In this document: positions 20,115 to 31,034 of the stretch, one piece after another | Layout: each line of letters starts with the position of its first letter | How positions within the stretch are numbered: the stretch's first letter is position 1 | Assembly: GCA_963782915.1 (NCBI GenBank) | Contig: CAWALK010000012.1 | Location: 160,001-224,000 of the forward strand | Direction of reading: 5' to 3' | Length of the DNA stretch: 64,000 nt | DNA from: an uncultured archaeon | GTDB lineage: Archaea > Thermoproteota > Bathyarchaeia > Bathyarchaeales > Bathycorpusculaceae | Program-made: the position numbers and the translations under genes | The notes under the pieces: generated by a model | Seen by the model: the letters and a program-made list of their open reading frames with translations, nothing else | Database searches by the model: none | Told to the model about the DNA's origin: nothing

Positions 20115-22862
20115 TTAAGCGCCTAAGAAACTTGCAAGCCGCGTTAACCCAATAATCTCCTCAAAGTTCAAGCCTAACGCATCAAGCACCTGATCAAACG
20201 TTGCTTGCAGGTATGCGATGTATTTGTCAGTGTCGATTTCATTTCTTGAGGCTAACTCCACTGGTTTGACGCGTTCTTTGTTGCTGCTTACTTTAACGAA
20301 GCTGATAAGGTCGCCTGCTCGGAGTTCTTTGCCGTTCTTCTGGAGCATCAACGCTGCTTTAACATGTTGTGGCGTAGTTTTGGTGTAACTTGCTAAATCG
20401 TCGCCTAAGACCACGTGGAAGGCTAATTCGCTGTTGTCTGTCCATTCTCGGCGTTTAATTACGTTGTAGCGTTCGCGGACTATGGCGGCGATGTCTTTTC
20501 GGGCTTTCTCGAAATCTTCAGGGTTCTTAACTTTGGCAAGCCGCTCCTTCATCTGATTGAATGCGCCTTTGATAAAGATGGGAATATGCTTTTTCTTGCC
20601 AGTTAAGCCTTTAACATCCACTGTGCCGTCTTCGAGGACGCCAAGGTAATTTTTTTTGCGTGAACTAAACACTGCATACCGATAGGTCTTATCAACGTCG
20701 ATGCCCATACCCAATTCATGTTCGGTATAGTGGACTACGTCTTCGATTTGTTCTTTGGTTGGGTTTTTGAGGAATAAGCTGTCGGTGTCGCCGTAGAGCA
20801 CTTGGATTCCTACAGTTTTGGCGTGGTTGAGGATTTGGGTGATGCTGTAGCGTCCGATGGCTGCAGTGGCTTCGGCGACTGGTGGGCAATAGAGATCGAA
20901 GCTGTCTGCGCCAAACACGCCGTAGCTGGCGTTTAAAATGACTTTTAGCGCGCCTTGTGTGATGCCGTACCAACTGCGTAATTCAGGCGGCAATGACTTG
21001 TCTTTGGCTCGGCTTTTGTACCAGCGCACACGCAAATCACGCAGTGATCCAATCAGCAGGCTTTCGAGGGCGCGTTTTTCTGTGCATACCCAGTGCTGCG
21101 TATCTGGGATTGTGTGTTTTTTGCATCCTGGGTGGTTGCAGCAAATGGATTGGTAACCCAAATTCCAAACTTTGATGATTGATGGGTACAGGCTGGGAAA
21201 GTCCATAACGGCAACGTTAAAGTGAACACCCGGGGTTGGTTCCACGACGATTGCGCCTTTGTATTTCTTGCCTTTGATGACGGCGGTTGTGCTGGTTTTG
21301 CCTTTTTTGGTTAAGATGTCTTCCGCATTTGGGATTAGGTAGCCGCGTTTGCGGTGTTCACGATGCATAAAGTTGCGTATCCATCGACTGACGCCCTGTC
21401 GGCTGACATCTTCCATGGGCATGCTGGCGATTCTGGCTAAAACCAGCATCAGCTTCATGGCGGAATCGTTTTCGTGGCTGGTTAATTTGTAAGTGATTTC
21501 GCTGTCGCGTAGGCAGTAAGCGGCTAATTCGCTGTAGTTGAGGTCGCCGAATGCTTTTTCCAGATGGATTTTTTGTGTGCCGATTAATGCGGTGCCGACA
21601 TCGTCTAAGCTTACGTCTTTGTATTTGCCGCCGTAAGCATAGATTTGCACACTGCGGTTGAAGAAGAATTTGTAGAGGTCGATGTGGATGCCGTATTTGA
21701 GTAGGCAGACGCGTTTGCCTATGTCGATGGGAATCTCGCTTTTCCTAAAGCCCAAGTTGTAGGCACGGTGTGCGAGGTAGCGGAGGTCGAAGTCGTCGCC
21801 GTTAAAAGTTAAAATGAATGCGTAATCGTTTAGGACATCAAAGACTTTGCGCAGAAGTATTTCTTCGGACTCGCAGAATTCGACTTCTAAGCCTTTGGTT
21901 AATTCTGGGTCGCCGTCTTCCATGCCTTCGCGTTTGAGTACGAGGATTTTTTTGTCGCCGTCGCTGCTATAGATGGAGCAGGCGATTACTGGGCATGCGC
22001 CTTCCCGTGCGTCGGGTACTCGTTTGGTTAATGGGGAGTAGACTTCGATGTCTATGGCTGCCCGTCGGAATTGGGGTGCCGGATACTCAAGCAGTTGCGC
22101 CCACATCTCAGCGTATTCGCGTTCCTCTTCTGTGCAGTCTTTGAAGAGTTGGCGGATTTCTGTGAGGTTTTTCTGTGCAGACTCCACAACTACGGGTACA
22201 AGGCTGTTGTCTTTTACCTCATAAATCATGCCCGGCTGCAACTGTTTGTCGTAGATGTATGATTGGTAATACTTGATTTTGGATTCCCAAATTTTAGCGT
22301 CGCTATCTTGAATTTGGGTGCCGAAGACGCGTGGGTAATCTTCTGGGATAATGTCTCGGATTGTGCCGCCGGGTCTGCCGCCGATAGCTAATGGGTCTTT
22401 GCAGATGATTTTTGTTACTTCGATCGGTTTATCGTTAAGAGGGTCAAGACGTTTTTCGGTTACGAAACTGTCGAAGCCTTCGTGGCTTTTAACCCGCTCA
22501 AAACGTTCCATATCCATTTGGGGGATGCTCGTTAAGCAGTAGGGTAGGTGTCCTGTGTTGTCATACCAGAAGTAGATTTGTCCTGATTCGGGCTCGTAGA
22601 GTTTGACTACGGCTTTTTTAAGTCGCCCATCGTATGACGCTGATACAAAGTATGATGGTGGCAGGTTTGCCGGTGAGACTGGCGGGAATGGTTGGCGCTC
22701 CCGTTTCTTGCGTTTAACAACCGGAACTTCGGGGATAGGTGCTTCTTCAGCTTTAATTTCAGCTTGGGTTTCTGGTTTGGGTTGCGGAGCTTGCGCTTTA
22801 ACCTCTTCTTTGACTTGAGGTTTAGCTGGTTGACTAAACCATTTGTCTAGAGTGCTCGCCAT
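20115..22862 (-). CDS. polB1: family B DNA polymerase, PolB1 type
   Basis: DIEV exonuclease motif, FNGD.FD, DFPSLYPS, K...NASYG, YGDTDS; B1-type N-terminus SYDG...WYDNTGH.PY. Confidence 0.93.
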   Translation of the reverse strand: MASTLDKWFSQPAKPQVKEEVKAQAPQPKPETQAEIKAEEAPIPEVPVVKRKKRERQPFPPVSPANLPPSYFVSASYDGRLKKAVVKLYEPESGQIYFWYDNTGHLPYCLTSIPQMDMERFERVKSHEGFDSFVTEKRLDPLNDKPIEVTKIICKDPLAIGGRPGGTIRDIIPEDYPRVFGTQIQDSDAKIWESKIKYYQSYIYDKQLQPGMIYEVKDNSLVPVVVESAQKNLTEIRQLFKDCTEEEREYAEMWAQLLEYPAPQFRRAAIDIEVYSPLTKRVPDAREGACPVIACSIYSSDGDKKILVLKREGMEDGDPELTKGLEVEFCESEEILLRKVFDVLNDYAFILTFNGDDFDLRYLAHRAYNLGFRKSEIPIDIGKRVCLLKYGIHIDLYKFFFNRSVQIYAYGGKYKDVSLDDVGTALIGTQKIHLEKAFGDLNYSELAAYCLRDSEITYKLTSHENDSAMKLMLVLARIASMPMEDVSRQGVSRWIRNFMHREHRKRGYLIPNAEDILTKKGKTSTTAVIKGKKYKGAIVVEPTPGVHFNVAVMDFPSLYPSIIKVWNLGYQSICCNHPGCKKHTIPDTQHWVCTEKRALESLLIGSLRDLRVRWYKSRAKDKSLPPELRSWYGITQGALKVILNASYGVFGADSFDLYCPPVAEATAAIGRYSITQILNHAKTVGIQVLYGDTDSLFLKNPTKEQIEDVVHYTEHELGMGIDVDKTYRYAVFSSRKKNYLGVLEDGTVDVKGLTGKKKHIPIFIKGAFNQMKERLAKVKNPEDFEKARKDIAAIVRERYNVIKRREWTDNSELAFHVVLGDDLASYTKTTPQHVKAALMLQKNGKELRAGDLISFVKVSSNKERVKPVELASRNEIDTDKYIAYLQATFDQVLDALGLNFEEIIGLTRLASFLGA

Positions 22863-22986
22863 CCCATTTTTCCCTTAGCCCCAGTATGGTACATTGACCC
22901 CTAAAAGCGTTTACTGAATAAAACCGATAGAACATCCTGTGGTTTTTAGCGAAATAGGCCCAGCTTTTTTGTTGTTTTAGGGCTTT

Positions 22987-23163
22987 TTATTCGGTGTAGT
23001 AACCGTTTAAGCCGTTTAGCACCGATTTTACGCGTGGCTTATGGGTCTTGTGAATGTGGCTATCGACTTCTGTTTTGGTGTCAAATATTTTGCCGCATTC
23101 GGGACACATATATTGCCCTGCTCTTGTTTGAGGGGTGCTTCGGCGTTTAGTTATTTGACTCAA
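22987..23163 (-). CDS. small C2H2 zinc-finger protein (58 aa, not in ORF track)
   Basis: YMCPECGKIFDTKTEVDSHIHKTH; TTG start. Confidence 0.75.
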   Translation of the reverse strand: MSQITKRRSTPQTRAGQYMCPECGKIFDTKTEVDSHIHKTHKPRVKSVLNGLNGYYTE

Positions 23164-23243
23164 ATTCTAATAACTCCCAGTTTTAATTAATAAAAAGGGA
23201 AAAGATGCATAACTTAATGTGTGCAACATTAACTGTTACGCAC

Positions 23244-23387
23244 TTATTCGTCTTCGTGTTCCTTGCCTTCTTCGATGAGTTCACGGACACGTGGACCACC
23301 TTTTGCGCCGCCTTTCTTGCCTGCTTCCTGTACGGTCATTTTTCCTTTTTCCATGTCCATGTCTTCATCTCTACGCTTTTTCGACAA
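23244..23387 (-). CDS. small KGG-motif stress protein (GsiB/Em-like hydrophilin, 47 aa)
   Basis: GKMTVQEAGKKGGAKGGPRVRELIEEGKE; GGAGGTGA RBS upstream. Confidence 0.75.
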   Translation of the reverse strand: MSKKRRDEDMDMEKGKMTVQEAGKKGGAKGGPRVRELIEEGKEHEDE

Positions 23388-23545
23388 ACATGTCACCTCC
23401 GTTGTTGGAGCTTGCCATAGAACACATGGACTCTAGCAGGATTGAAAACTTGATAAAGATATGTGGCTGTTAACATGCAGTAACAGTAGCCCACGTTGAA
23501 GTCCTTATTTAGGGGCATTGCATTTGGTGTTGTTTGTGATTTAAT

Positions 23546-24893
23546 TTGTTGCGGGAAGCTTGGACAATCGCCATAGAAACATTAAGTTGGATAGAAATGC
23601 GCAGACTCAACGAGCGCTCAGCATTAGCAAGGACAATTAAGCAGCTCGGCGCTAAAGACCCAAGCGCTATCCGCTATGCATACGGCTTAGTAGTTGAAAC
23701 TACAAGGCGAAAGAACATAATCGATAAACTAGTCAACAACGTCGTTGACCCCAAAAAAATCGGTGAATACGACCTTGGCATCCAATCTTTCCTAAGATTA
23801 TACGTTTACCAAACACGCGTCGTCAAGAACTGGGGTAAATATAACCTCAAAGAAGCAGACAGCATCGCAAGCTTAGGCCGAGCCATACTGGGCTGGGAAG
23901 CTATGCGGGAAATCGAACCCTACATAGGCTTCCTGTTAACTCGCCAGTTATCCACCATCATGGAGACCACTAGCGAAGAAGAAAAAGTCGGCTTAGAAAC
24001 CTATCATCCAACATGGTTTGTAGAGTACTGCTTCAAACTATTCGGCAAAGAAGAAGCAGTCGCATTCTTGAAAGGCAGCCTCAACCCGCCACCAACATAC
24101 ATCCGCCTAAACACCCTAGCGGCATCCGAAGAAGAAATCCTCTCCAAACTTGAAGCAGAAGGCATTAAACTAGAAAAAGTTGAGCAACTAAAATACACTT
24201 ACAAACTAACCGAATTCAAAACAACCCTGAATAATTCGCCAAGCCTCAAAGCAGGCTTATTCTACGTACAGGACAAAGCCAGCTGCTTCGCAACCCAAGC
24301 CGCAAACCCACAGCCAAACAGCACCGTCTTCGACCTCTGCGCCGCCCCAGGAGCAAAAACCACGTATCTCGCCCAGTTAATGCAAAACCAAGGCACCATA
24401 ATCTCAGTGGATTTCTCCGCTAAACGCATGAAAACCTGGCAAAAAGAAATCGCCCGCATGGGAACCAAAATCGCTGAGCCAGTCGTTGCTGATGCACGGG
24501 TGTCTGTGCCTCTTGTCGGCGAAGCAGACCTGCCTAGTGTTGGATCCGCCCTGCACAAGCTCAGGCGTCTTTGCCAAGCAACCCTCCGCAAAATGGCGAT
24601 TAAGCCCCAAATCCATCGCGAACATGTCGGAGCTCCAGTACAAAATAATCGATAACTGCGCAGACAAAGTCAAAAAAGGCGGTTTCCTGACCTACTCAAC
24701 CTGCAGCGTAACCGAAGAAGAAAACGAAGGCGTAATCGAACAATTCCTAACAGCGCACCCAGACTTCAAACTCGTCGAGATAGAACCTAAAATCGGCATG
24801 CCAGGGCTCCGCGGCTTAACACAGTGCCAACGCCTCTACCCACATATACACCACTGCAACGGCTTCTTCACAGCAAAACTACAGAAAAATTAG
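23546..24893 (+). CDS. RsmB/NOP2 RNA m5C methyltransferase with NusB-like N-terminus (frameshift near 24530)
   Basis: QDKAS, DLCAAPGAKT, LDPPC, YSTCS...EENE. Confidence 0.88.
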
Positions 24894-24955
24894 AATCTGC
24901 CCTATCTTTTATGAACACGGGAATCCCCCGTTCCCCAAAATTTGGTAAGGTGATT

Positions 24956-25153
24956 ATGCGGATGGAAAACCCCAAATTAATCCAGTTAATCGTCACGTTG
25001 ACAGGTCTGGTTGGCGGAGCCTATCTTTTAGCCATCGCTAATCCACCCATGGATTTCTATTATCTTCTACCGATTTTTGCTATGCTAGGCATAATCGTAG
25101 CCAGCGTTGGATTCGTCATAGTGCGCCAAGTAATCAAGGAACTCTCTGCCTAA
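24956..25153 (+). CDS. small 2-TM membrane protein
   Basis: hydrophobic hairpin; start uncertain. Confidence 0.5.
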   Translation: MRMENPKLIQLIVTLTGLVGGAYLLAIANPPMDFYYLLPIFAMLGIIVASVGFVIVRQVIKELSA

Positions 25154-25729
25154 GCCGAAGAAAAATCGCCCAAGTGTTCTCTGTGGCGTCTCTTTAACAT
25201 ACAGTGGATAAGTCACTTTTGTGCCCTCCACATGAGCGGCTTCGCTTAATTCATGAGTTATCGTGTCTGTTTTGCTTATAATATGCAATACCCTAACACG
25301 CCGCGCCACCAAAGCATCAGAGATGAGGTTTCGGTGGCATTTCCAGGGCAACGCCTCCGCACACATCAACGCCACACAGTTCTCCCGTGCCAGCACCACA
25401 ATTTTTAGGAGGGCATCGGTGAATTCTTTAGTTTGCATATAATCCGCGTATCCCCGAAAACTAGGGTTCCGTAATCCGAGGTTGATGCTGTTGGCTTTGG
25501 GGTGGCGTAGTCCGCCGATTTCTGGTAAATGTATGTATTTTATGCCGAGGGGTTTGAGATGGTCGGGGAGGGCTTCTTTGTTGAATTGGGGGTTATGCCG
25601 TGAATGCGGGGCAGTGCGGACATCTATGAGTAAGGTGACTCCGTAGGTTTGCAGTAACTCGGTGAATTCTTCGAGTGTGCGTGTAGAGTGCCCAATGGTA
25701 AGCACTGTTATGTCTGGTTCCTTACTCAA
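25085..25729 (-). CDS. DUF488 family protein
   Basis: TIGHS, DVR..P.SR, LMCAE....CHR. Confidence 0.88.
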   Translation of the reverse strand: MSKEPDITVLTIGHSTRTLEEFTELLQTYGVTLLIDVRTAPHSRHNPQFNKEALPDHLKPLGIKYIHLPEIGGLRHPKANSINLGLRNPSFRGYADYMQTKEFTDALLKIVVLARENCVALMCAEALPWKCHRNLISDALVARRVRVLHIISKTDTITHELSEAAHVEGTKVTYPLYVKETPQRTLGRFFFGLGREFLDYLAHYDESNAGYDYA

Positions 25730-25845
25730 ACCTAAACCTCAAATAGAGATAACTGTTGCGTTAGGATATAAGAATCAAACTATAAAACGCGAGTATAAGG
25801 CAATTTGACAGATTTGCTCGCGCTCGAAATAGTTCTCGTGCAACT

Positions 25846-26367
25846 TTAACGCTTACGTTTAAGAAACACTGCCAAAGCAGTTACAGCTAACGCCAAAAAA
25901 GCGACAAGTAATGGAGCAGGGAACTCAGGAATTGCTGCTTGAACAACAACATCGCCATGCATTCCATAAATCTCATCAAAGAAATATTGGCTTACATAGC
26001 GGTAGTTCCCTGGGGTGTCGACTGTGAATGTCACCGAACCGTTTGACTGACCTTGAATCGGGTTACTATCTGACCCAATTTGTGCACCCCATAGCACTTG
26101 GTCATCAGTATCTACAATAGCCCATGTGTGAGGACCACTTCCAATGTTGTGCAAAATTACCGTCACAGTTTCGCCAGAAGTAAAGACCATTGTTGGTCCA
26201 GGTATAAGCATAGTAGTATCATTGTTCCCAAACCCCATTTTTGTGGTTGAAGTAGCGGATTCGCCCGCGTAGATTTCGTAGGTTGCAGCGTTAGCGGTTG
26301 CCAGAGAAGCTGAGCCTGCCAAGATTAAGAACAAGAACACTGCCACTGAAAGTAGTGGTTTTTTCAT
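25846..26367 (-). CDS. secreted cupredoxin-like protein with PEF-CTERM-type anchor
   Basis: signal peptide; PGPT, H.W, PG.Y.Y...GM.G; IPEFP + TM + KRKR. Confidence 0.75.
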   Translation of the reverse strand: MKKPLLSVAVFLFLILAGSASLATANAATYEIYAGESATSTTKMGFGNNDTTMLIPGPTMVFTSGETVTVILHNIGSGPHTWAIVDTDDQVLWGAQIGSDSNPIQGQSNGSVTFTVDTPGNYRYVSQYFFDEIYGMHGDVVVQAAIPEFPAPLLVAFLALAVTALAVFLKRKR

Positions 26368-26576
26368 TTCTTACTTTTACCCTAGAGCTACTTCAGGCTT
26401 GAGTCTCTAAAGTATTTGTTACAACATCAAAACAACTACATACTAATAGAGTTATTTGATAATTTGGAAAGAATCAAACAGGCGGTTTACAACAGAAATC
26501 TTGACAAGGCTTAGTCAAGAAATCTATACAAGAACGCTTTTATCCAGAAAACGCGAGCATAAACTTAGGGCTGTTT

Positions 26577-27465
26577 ATGAGGAAAGTATCTTGTTTTATC
26601 ATAATTTTTACCACATTACTATTGCTAACATTTGCTGGACCACAACTTGTCAATCAAGCAAAGGCAAATCCCTACATGTACTTCCCCCATGTTACCGAGA
26701 TTTCACCGCCACCAGGAACACACGCGCCAATAATTAATATTCATACACCACAAAACGGCTCGTCTTATCCAAGAAATAGTATCCCCTTAACTTTTGAAGT
26801 AATTATTCCCCAGACAAATGGGAATAAATCCTTGGATTCTATACTGAAATTATACTATATTACCAGTTGGGAACCAAACAAAGTCGTAACAATTGACGGC
26901 GCATTTGAAGATAACGCTTCATTACTCAATAAACTTGTATAGTGCACTTGGCGGTGACCTCTCCGTCACCGTTTATGCAGTCGGCTGGGGTGAGTATGAA
27001 ACAAGACATCCCGTGCTGACGGATGGCTATATAATGAATCATTATTACAACAACTTTAAAATGAACAGTTCCTCGACAGTGAGCTTCACCCAAGACTTTG
27101 TTCCACCAAAAATCGCTGTTTTATCTCCGCAAAACAGTAGTTATGACAATTCAGATATTGATTTGAGTTTGACTTCTAACGAAGCGCTTTCTCATATTCT
27201 GTATTGCTTGGACGGTAACCAAAATCAAACTATAGCAGGAAACGTGACCTTAACAGGCTTAACAAATGGGGCACATAACGTAACCTTTTATGCAGCTGAC
27301 TTGGCTGGGTATATGGTTGCTTCAGAAACAACGGATTTCACTGTGACAGAAGGGTCAGAGCCTTTTCCAACAGTGCCTTTCATTGCAGTAATAGGAATAG
27401 TGCTGATGGCTATTGTGGGTTTAGTGTCTCTTTTGCTTTACAGAAGGCATCGGAAGCCTGTTTGA
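26577..27465 (+). CDS. surface protein with Ig-like domains and EPFPT-TM-basic anchor (frameshift near 26935)
   Basis: signal peptide; SPQN..Y, YCLDG, LTGL.NG.H....YA.DLAG; EPFPT + TM + RRHRK. Confidence 0.75.
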
Positions 27466-27675
27466 TTCTGCGGTTCTACCCTTATTATACCAACCTATCC
27501 TCTACCACGCCACCATTATCCGAAGATCAAAAAATTTATTCATTGTGATTGGCGTCTCGGCAGCAGCAACCCAACACGAACCATGAACTCTAAACATAGC
27601 CGTCTACAAAGCCCATTGGAAGAAGAAGAGTAAGGGAGGTTACGCCATTATCTTCTACTAGAAACTAAATGATCC

Positions 27676-27730
27676 GTTAGTTGTTGTTGTGTATGAGGTT
27701 TTTGGCAACAACACACTGTAAAAAAAGCAA
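27676..27730. repeat. partial family A repeat (hairpin end)
   Basis: GTTGTTGTTGTGTATGAGG...GGCAACAAC...AAAAAA matches 27901-27955. Confidence 0.7.
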
Positions 27731-27826
27731 CAAACCTGTTTGAGCTTCTAATGAAGGGATAGCTACAGTTCAGTACTGAGCCCTATTGTGTTACTTTATC
27801 AGATATCAAAACAACCTCTGCTATGG

Positions 27827-27955
27827 TTGCAAAATCCACAACCAGCCTGCAACTTGCCACCAACGCTCACTAAAAACAATCACCAAAACTAAGCCTGTTA
27901 GGTTGTTGTTGTGTATAAGGCGTTCTCAGGCAACAACCACTATAGAAAAAAACAA
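27827..27955. repeat. dispersed repeat family A copy
   Basis: CACAACCAGCCTGCAAC...AAGCCTG...GTTGTTG-N-CAACAAC...AAAAAA. Confidence 0.85.
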
Positions 27956-28127
27956 ATACCCCAAAGACCACTTAAGCATCAGAAATAGGCAGTCAAACAC
28001 TCAAAAACCAAGCTACACATCATCAAACAGCCGCAATATGCGTTTTCCTTTAATAGGAAAGGTTTTTAGTATAGTTATTATATGAGACTGTGAAAAAGTA
28101 GACAGTCTAAAGTGAGGTTAACACATT

Positions 28128-28856
28128 ATGTCCGTATTTGCAGCACCAGGAGCATATGACCGTGCAATAACAGTTTTCTCACCTGATGGACGACTCTTCC
28201 AAGTAGAATACGCTATGGAACTCGTCAATCGAGGCGCCACAATCGTCGGCATTCAAACCTCAGAAGGTTTAGTACTGGGGTCAGAGGAAAACATAGAAGT
28301 CCTCGAAGAAGCAGGCTACTCATGGAAAATCTTCCGAGTAGACGATCACATCGGAGCAGCCATCGTTGGCTTAAGCTCAGACGCAAGAATCCTAATAGAT
28401 CAAGCACGAATCTATGCTCAAAGTAACAAATTAACATACGATGAACCCATCGACCTAGAAGTCGTAACAAAAAGAATATGCGACATCCAACAAATGTACA
28501 CCCAACACGCAGGTGTACGACCGTTCGGTGTCTCCATAATCTTCGGAGGAGTCGACAAAACAGGTCCACGAGTCTTCGGAACACACCCAAGCGGAACATA
28601 CAGAGGCTACAAAGCCACCGCATTAGGTGCAGGCAGAGAAACAGTCCTTGCTATTCTAAAAGAAGAATACAAAGAAGACCTCTCACTTGACAGCACCATA
28701 AAATTAACCGTCAAATGCCTGATAAAAGCTCTTGAAGCACGCCAACTACCACCCAGAATCAAAATCGCCATTATCCCAGCAGCAACCAAAAAAATGGAAA
28801 TGCTAAACGACAACACCGTCGAAGGATACATCAAAGAGCTGGGTACAAGCAAGTGA
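28128..28856 (+). CDS. psmA: proteasome alpha subunit
   Basis: YDRAITVFSPDGRLFQVEYA; RPFGVS. Confidence 0.97.
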   Translation: MSVFAAPGAYDRAITVFSPDGRLFQVEYAMELVNRGATIVGIQTSEGLVLGSEENIEVLEEAGYSWKIFRVDDHIGAAIVGLSSDARILIDQARIYAQSNKLTYDEPIDLEVVTKRICDIQQMYTQHAGVRPFGVSIIFGGVDKTGPRVFGTHPSGTYRGYKATALGAGRETVLAILKEEYKEDLSLDSTIKLTVKCLIKALEARQLPPRIKIAIIPAATKKMEMLNDNTVEGYIKELGTSK

Positions 28857-28863
28857 CATCGCA

Positions 28864-29550
28864 ATGAGCGAAAAGTTCACAGTAGCACGCTTAACCAGAG
28901 AAAACGAACACTTTGAAATCCTAGTTAAACCCAACAAAGCACTCGACTACCGAAACGGCAAAACCTCCTCAATAACCGAGGTTTTAGCCGCCGAAATGAT
29001 TTTTGCAGACGCAAACAAAGGCACCAAAGTATCCGAAGAAGCAATGAAAAAAGCCTTCAAAACCACAGATCCACTCAAAATCGCAGATGAAATCCTCCAC
29101 AAAGGAACCCTGCAATTAACAACCGACCAAAGAAGAAGAATGGTCGAAGACAAAAAACGCCAAGTAATCGACTTCATAGCACGACAGGCAGTTGACCCAA
29201 AAACTAACCTGCCGCATCCACCCATGCGCATCGAAAACGCGATGGAACAAATCCGCTACCCCATAGATCCCTACAAATCAGTTGATGAACAAGCAAAAGA
29301 CATAGTCAAATTATTAAGACCAATTTTACCACTTAAAGTTGAGCAGGTAAAGGTTGCAATTAAAATCCCCACTCAATACGCCGCCAGAGCTTACGGCACC
29401 ATCAAAACTTTGGGCACCATCAAACGTGAAGAATGGCGCGGTGACGGCTCATACTATGGCGAACTGGAATTACCCGCAGGCATGTACGCTTCATTGCTAA
29501 CCAAACTGGGCGACGCAACCAAGGGAAGTGGAGAAGCAAAAATAATCTAA
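28864..29550 (+). CDS. sdo1: ribosome maturation protein SBDS/Sdo1
   Basis: FEILV.P, QLT..QRR, DPKT..PHPP.RIE. Confidence 0.95.
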   Translation: MSEKFTVARLTRENEHFEILVKPNKALDYRNGKTSSITEVLAAEMIFADANKGTKVSEEAMKKAFKTTDPLKIADEILHKGTLQLTTDQRRRMVEDKKRQVIDFIARQAVDPKTNLPHPPMRIENAMEQIRYPIDPYKSVDEQAKDIVKLLRPILPLKVEQVKVAIKIPTQYAARAYGTIKTLGTIKREEWRGDGSYYGELELPAGMYASLLTKLGDATKGSGEAKII

Positions 29551-29580
29551 GTAATATGAAAACCACATACAGGTGATTTT

Positions 29581-30303
29581 ATGCCAACATTCTTTGAAAA
29601 AAAACAGCTCGTAACGCCCGGAGAATTACTCGCAGAAGGCGACTATCTACCCGGCGAAAACACATTTGTTGAAAACAGCAAGATTTACGCCTCAAGGATC
29701 GGACTCGTAGACGCAGACAACAAAAAAGTCAACGTCGTAGCACTCAGAGCATTTTATGTGCCAAAAATGGGTGACATCGTAATAGGTACAGTCATCGAAG
29801 TAGGCTTCAACGGCTGGACCGTCGACATTAAAGCACCCTACACAGCAATGCTTCGTGCCTCAGATGTACTTAGCAGACCCTTCAAACCACAAAACGACGA
29901 GTTATCTGCAGTCCTAAACGCAGGCGACTTAATCGTTGCCAAAATCGCTTCCTACGACCGCGCACACGACCCCCAATTAACAGTCGGCGAACCCGGCTTG
30001 GGCAAAATTACACGCGGCCAAATCCTAAGAGTGACACCTACAAAGATTCCACGCATCATCGGACGCAAAGGCTCCATGATCTCCATGATTAAACAAGAAA
30101 CCAACTGCCAAATCATCTTAGGCTTAAACGGTGTCATCCTAGTCACTGGCAAAACTCCGGAAGAAGAGGAAGTTGCCATTGGAGCAATCCGAAAGATTGA
30201 GGAAGAATCACACACAAGCGGCTTAACTGACCGTATTACCCAGTTATTGAAAGAAAAGAAACCAACAACAACTACACCACAAGTGGAGGAAACACAACAA
30301 TGA
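29581..30303 (+). CDS. rrp4: exosome RNA-binding subunit Rrp4
   Basis: V.PGE, Y.P..GD.VIG, KH motif [10 protein letters not shown]. Confidence 0.95.
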   Translation: MPTFFEKKQLVTPGELLAEGDYLPGENTFVENSKIYASRIGLVDADNKKVNVVALRAFYVPKMGDIVIGTVIEVGFNGWTVDIKAPYTAMLRASDVLSRPFKPQNDELSAVLNAGDLIVAKIASYDRAHDPQLTVGEPGLGKITRGQILRVTPTKIPRIIGRKGSMISMIKQETNCQIILGLNGVILVTGKTPEEEEVAIGAIRKIEEESHTSGLTDRITQLLKEKKPTTTTPQVEETQQ

Positions 30304-31034
30304 ACGATAAATCAGAAAAACTAATTGACAAGAAAGGCATCCGCGGCGACGGAAGAAAAGCGGATGAACTTCGCCCCGTAAGACTTGAAGTAGGCGTACT
30401 TTCGCAAGCTGACGGCTCAGCCTATATCGAACACGGCAAGAACAAAATTTTAGCCGCAGCATTCGGTCCAAGAGAAATGCATCCAAAACACCTTGCACAA
30501 CCAGACAGAATGGTTCTACGCGCAAGATACCACATGGCACCCTTCTCTGTACCGGAAAGAAAATCTCCTGCACCATCCAGAAGAGAAGTTGAATTAAGCA
30601 AAGTCATAAAAGAAGCATTAGAACCAGCGCTGTTCCTTGAACTCTACCCAAGAACCGGTGTAGACGTCTTCGTCGAAGTATTGCAAGCTGACGGAGGAAC
30701 AAGATGTGCAGCTATCACCGCCGCAGCCCTCGCAATTGCCGATGCAGGTGTTCCAATGCGCGACTTAGTCGTTGCATGCGCCGCAGGCAAAGTAGAAGAC
30801 ACAGTAGTCTTAGACCTCTATGATGCAGAAGACAAATTGGGCTCAGCAGACGTTCCAGTTGCTTACATGCCAAACTTAAACGCTGTCACACTGCTACAGA
30901 TGGACGGCATCTTGGCACCACCAGAATTCGAGAAAGCAGTCAGCATGGCTATGGAAGGATGCAAGAAAATCTATGCAATGCAGAAGGAAGCATTGAAAAC
31001 AAAATACATGGTTGTTAAAGAGGCTGAAGAATAA
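30300..31034 (+). CDS. rrp41: exosome catalytic subunit Rrp41
   Basis: R.DGR...ELR, GPRE, ADGGTR, D....ED. Confidence 0.96.
   Translation: MNDKSEKLIDKKGIRGDGRKADELRPVRLEVGVLSQADGSAYIEHGKNKILAAAFGPREMHPKHLAQPDRMVLRARYHMAPFSVPERKSPAPSRREVELSKVIKEALEPALFLELYPRTGVDVFVEVLQADGGTRCAAITAAALAIADAGVPMRDLVVACAAGKVEDTVVLDLYDAEDKLGSADVPVAYMPNLNAVTLLQMDGILAPPEFEKAVSMAMEGCKKIYAMQKEALKTKYMVVKEAEE

Noticed and set aside
20115-22862. PolB as a casposon or viral polymerase, or intein-containing
   Set aside because: It has cellular PolB1 features and normal length, with no intein motifs and no cas1 or terminal repeats nearby.
27676-27955. CRISPR array (GTTGTTG...CAACAAC repeats)
   Set aside because: Only two divergent copies about 220 bp apart, no regular spacers and no cas genes.
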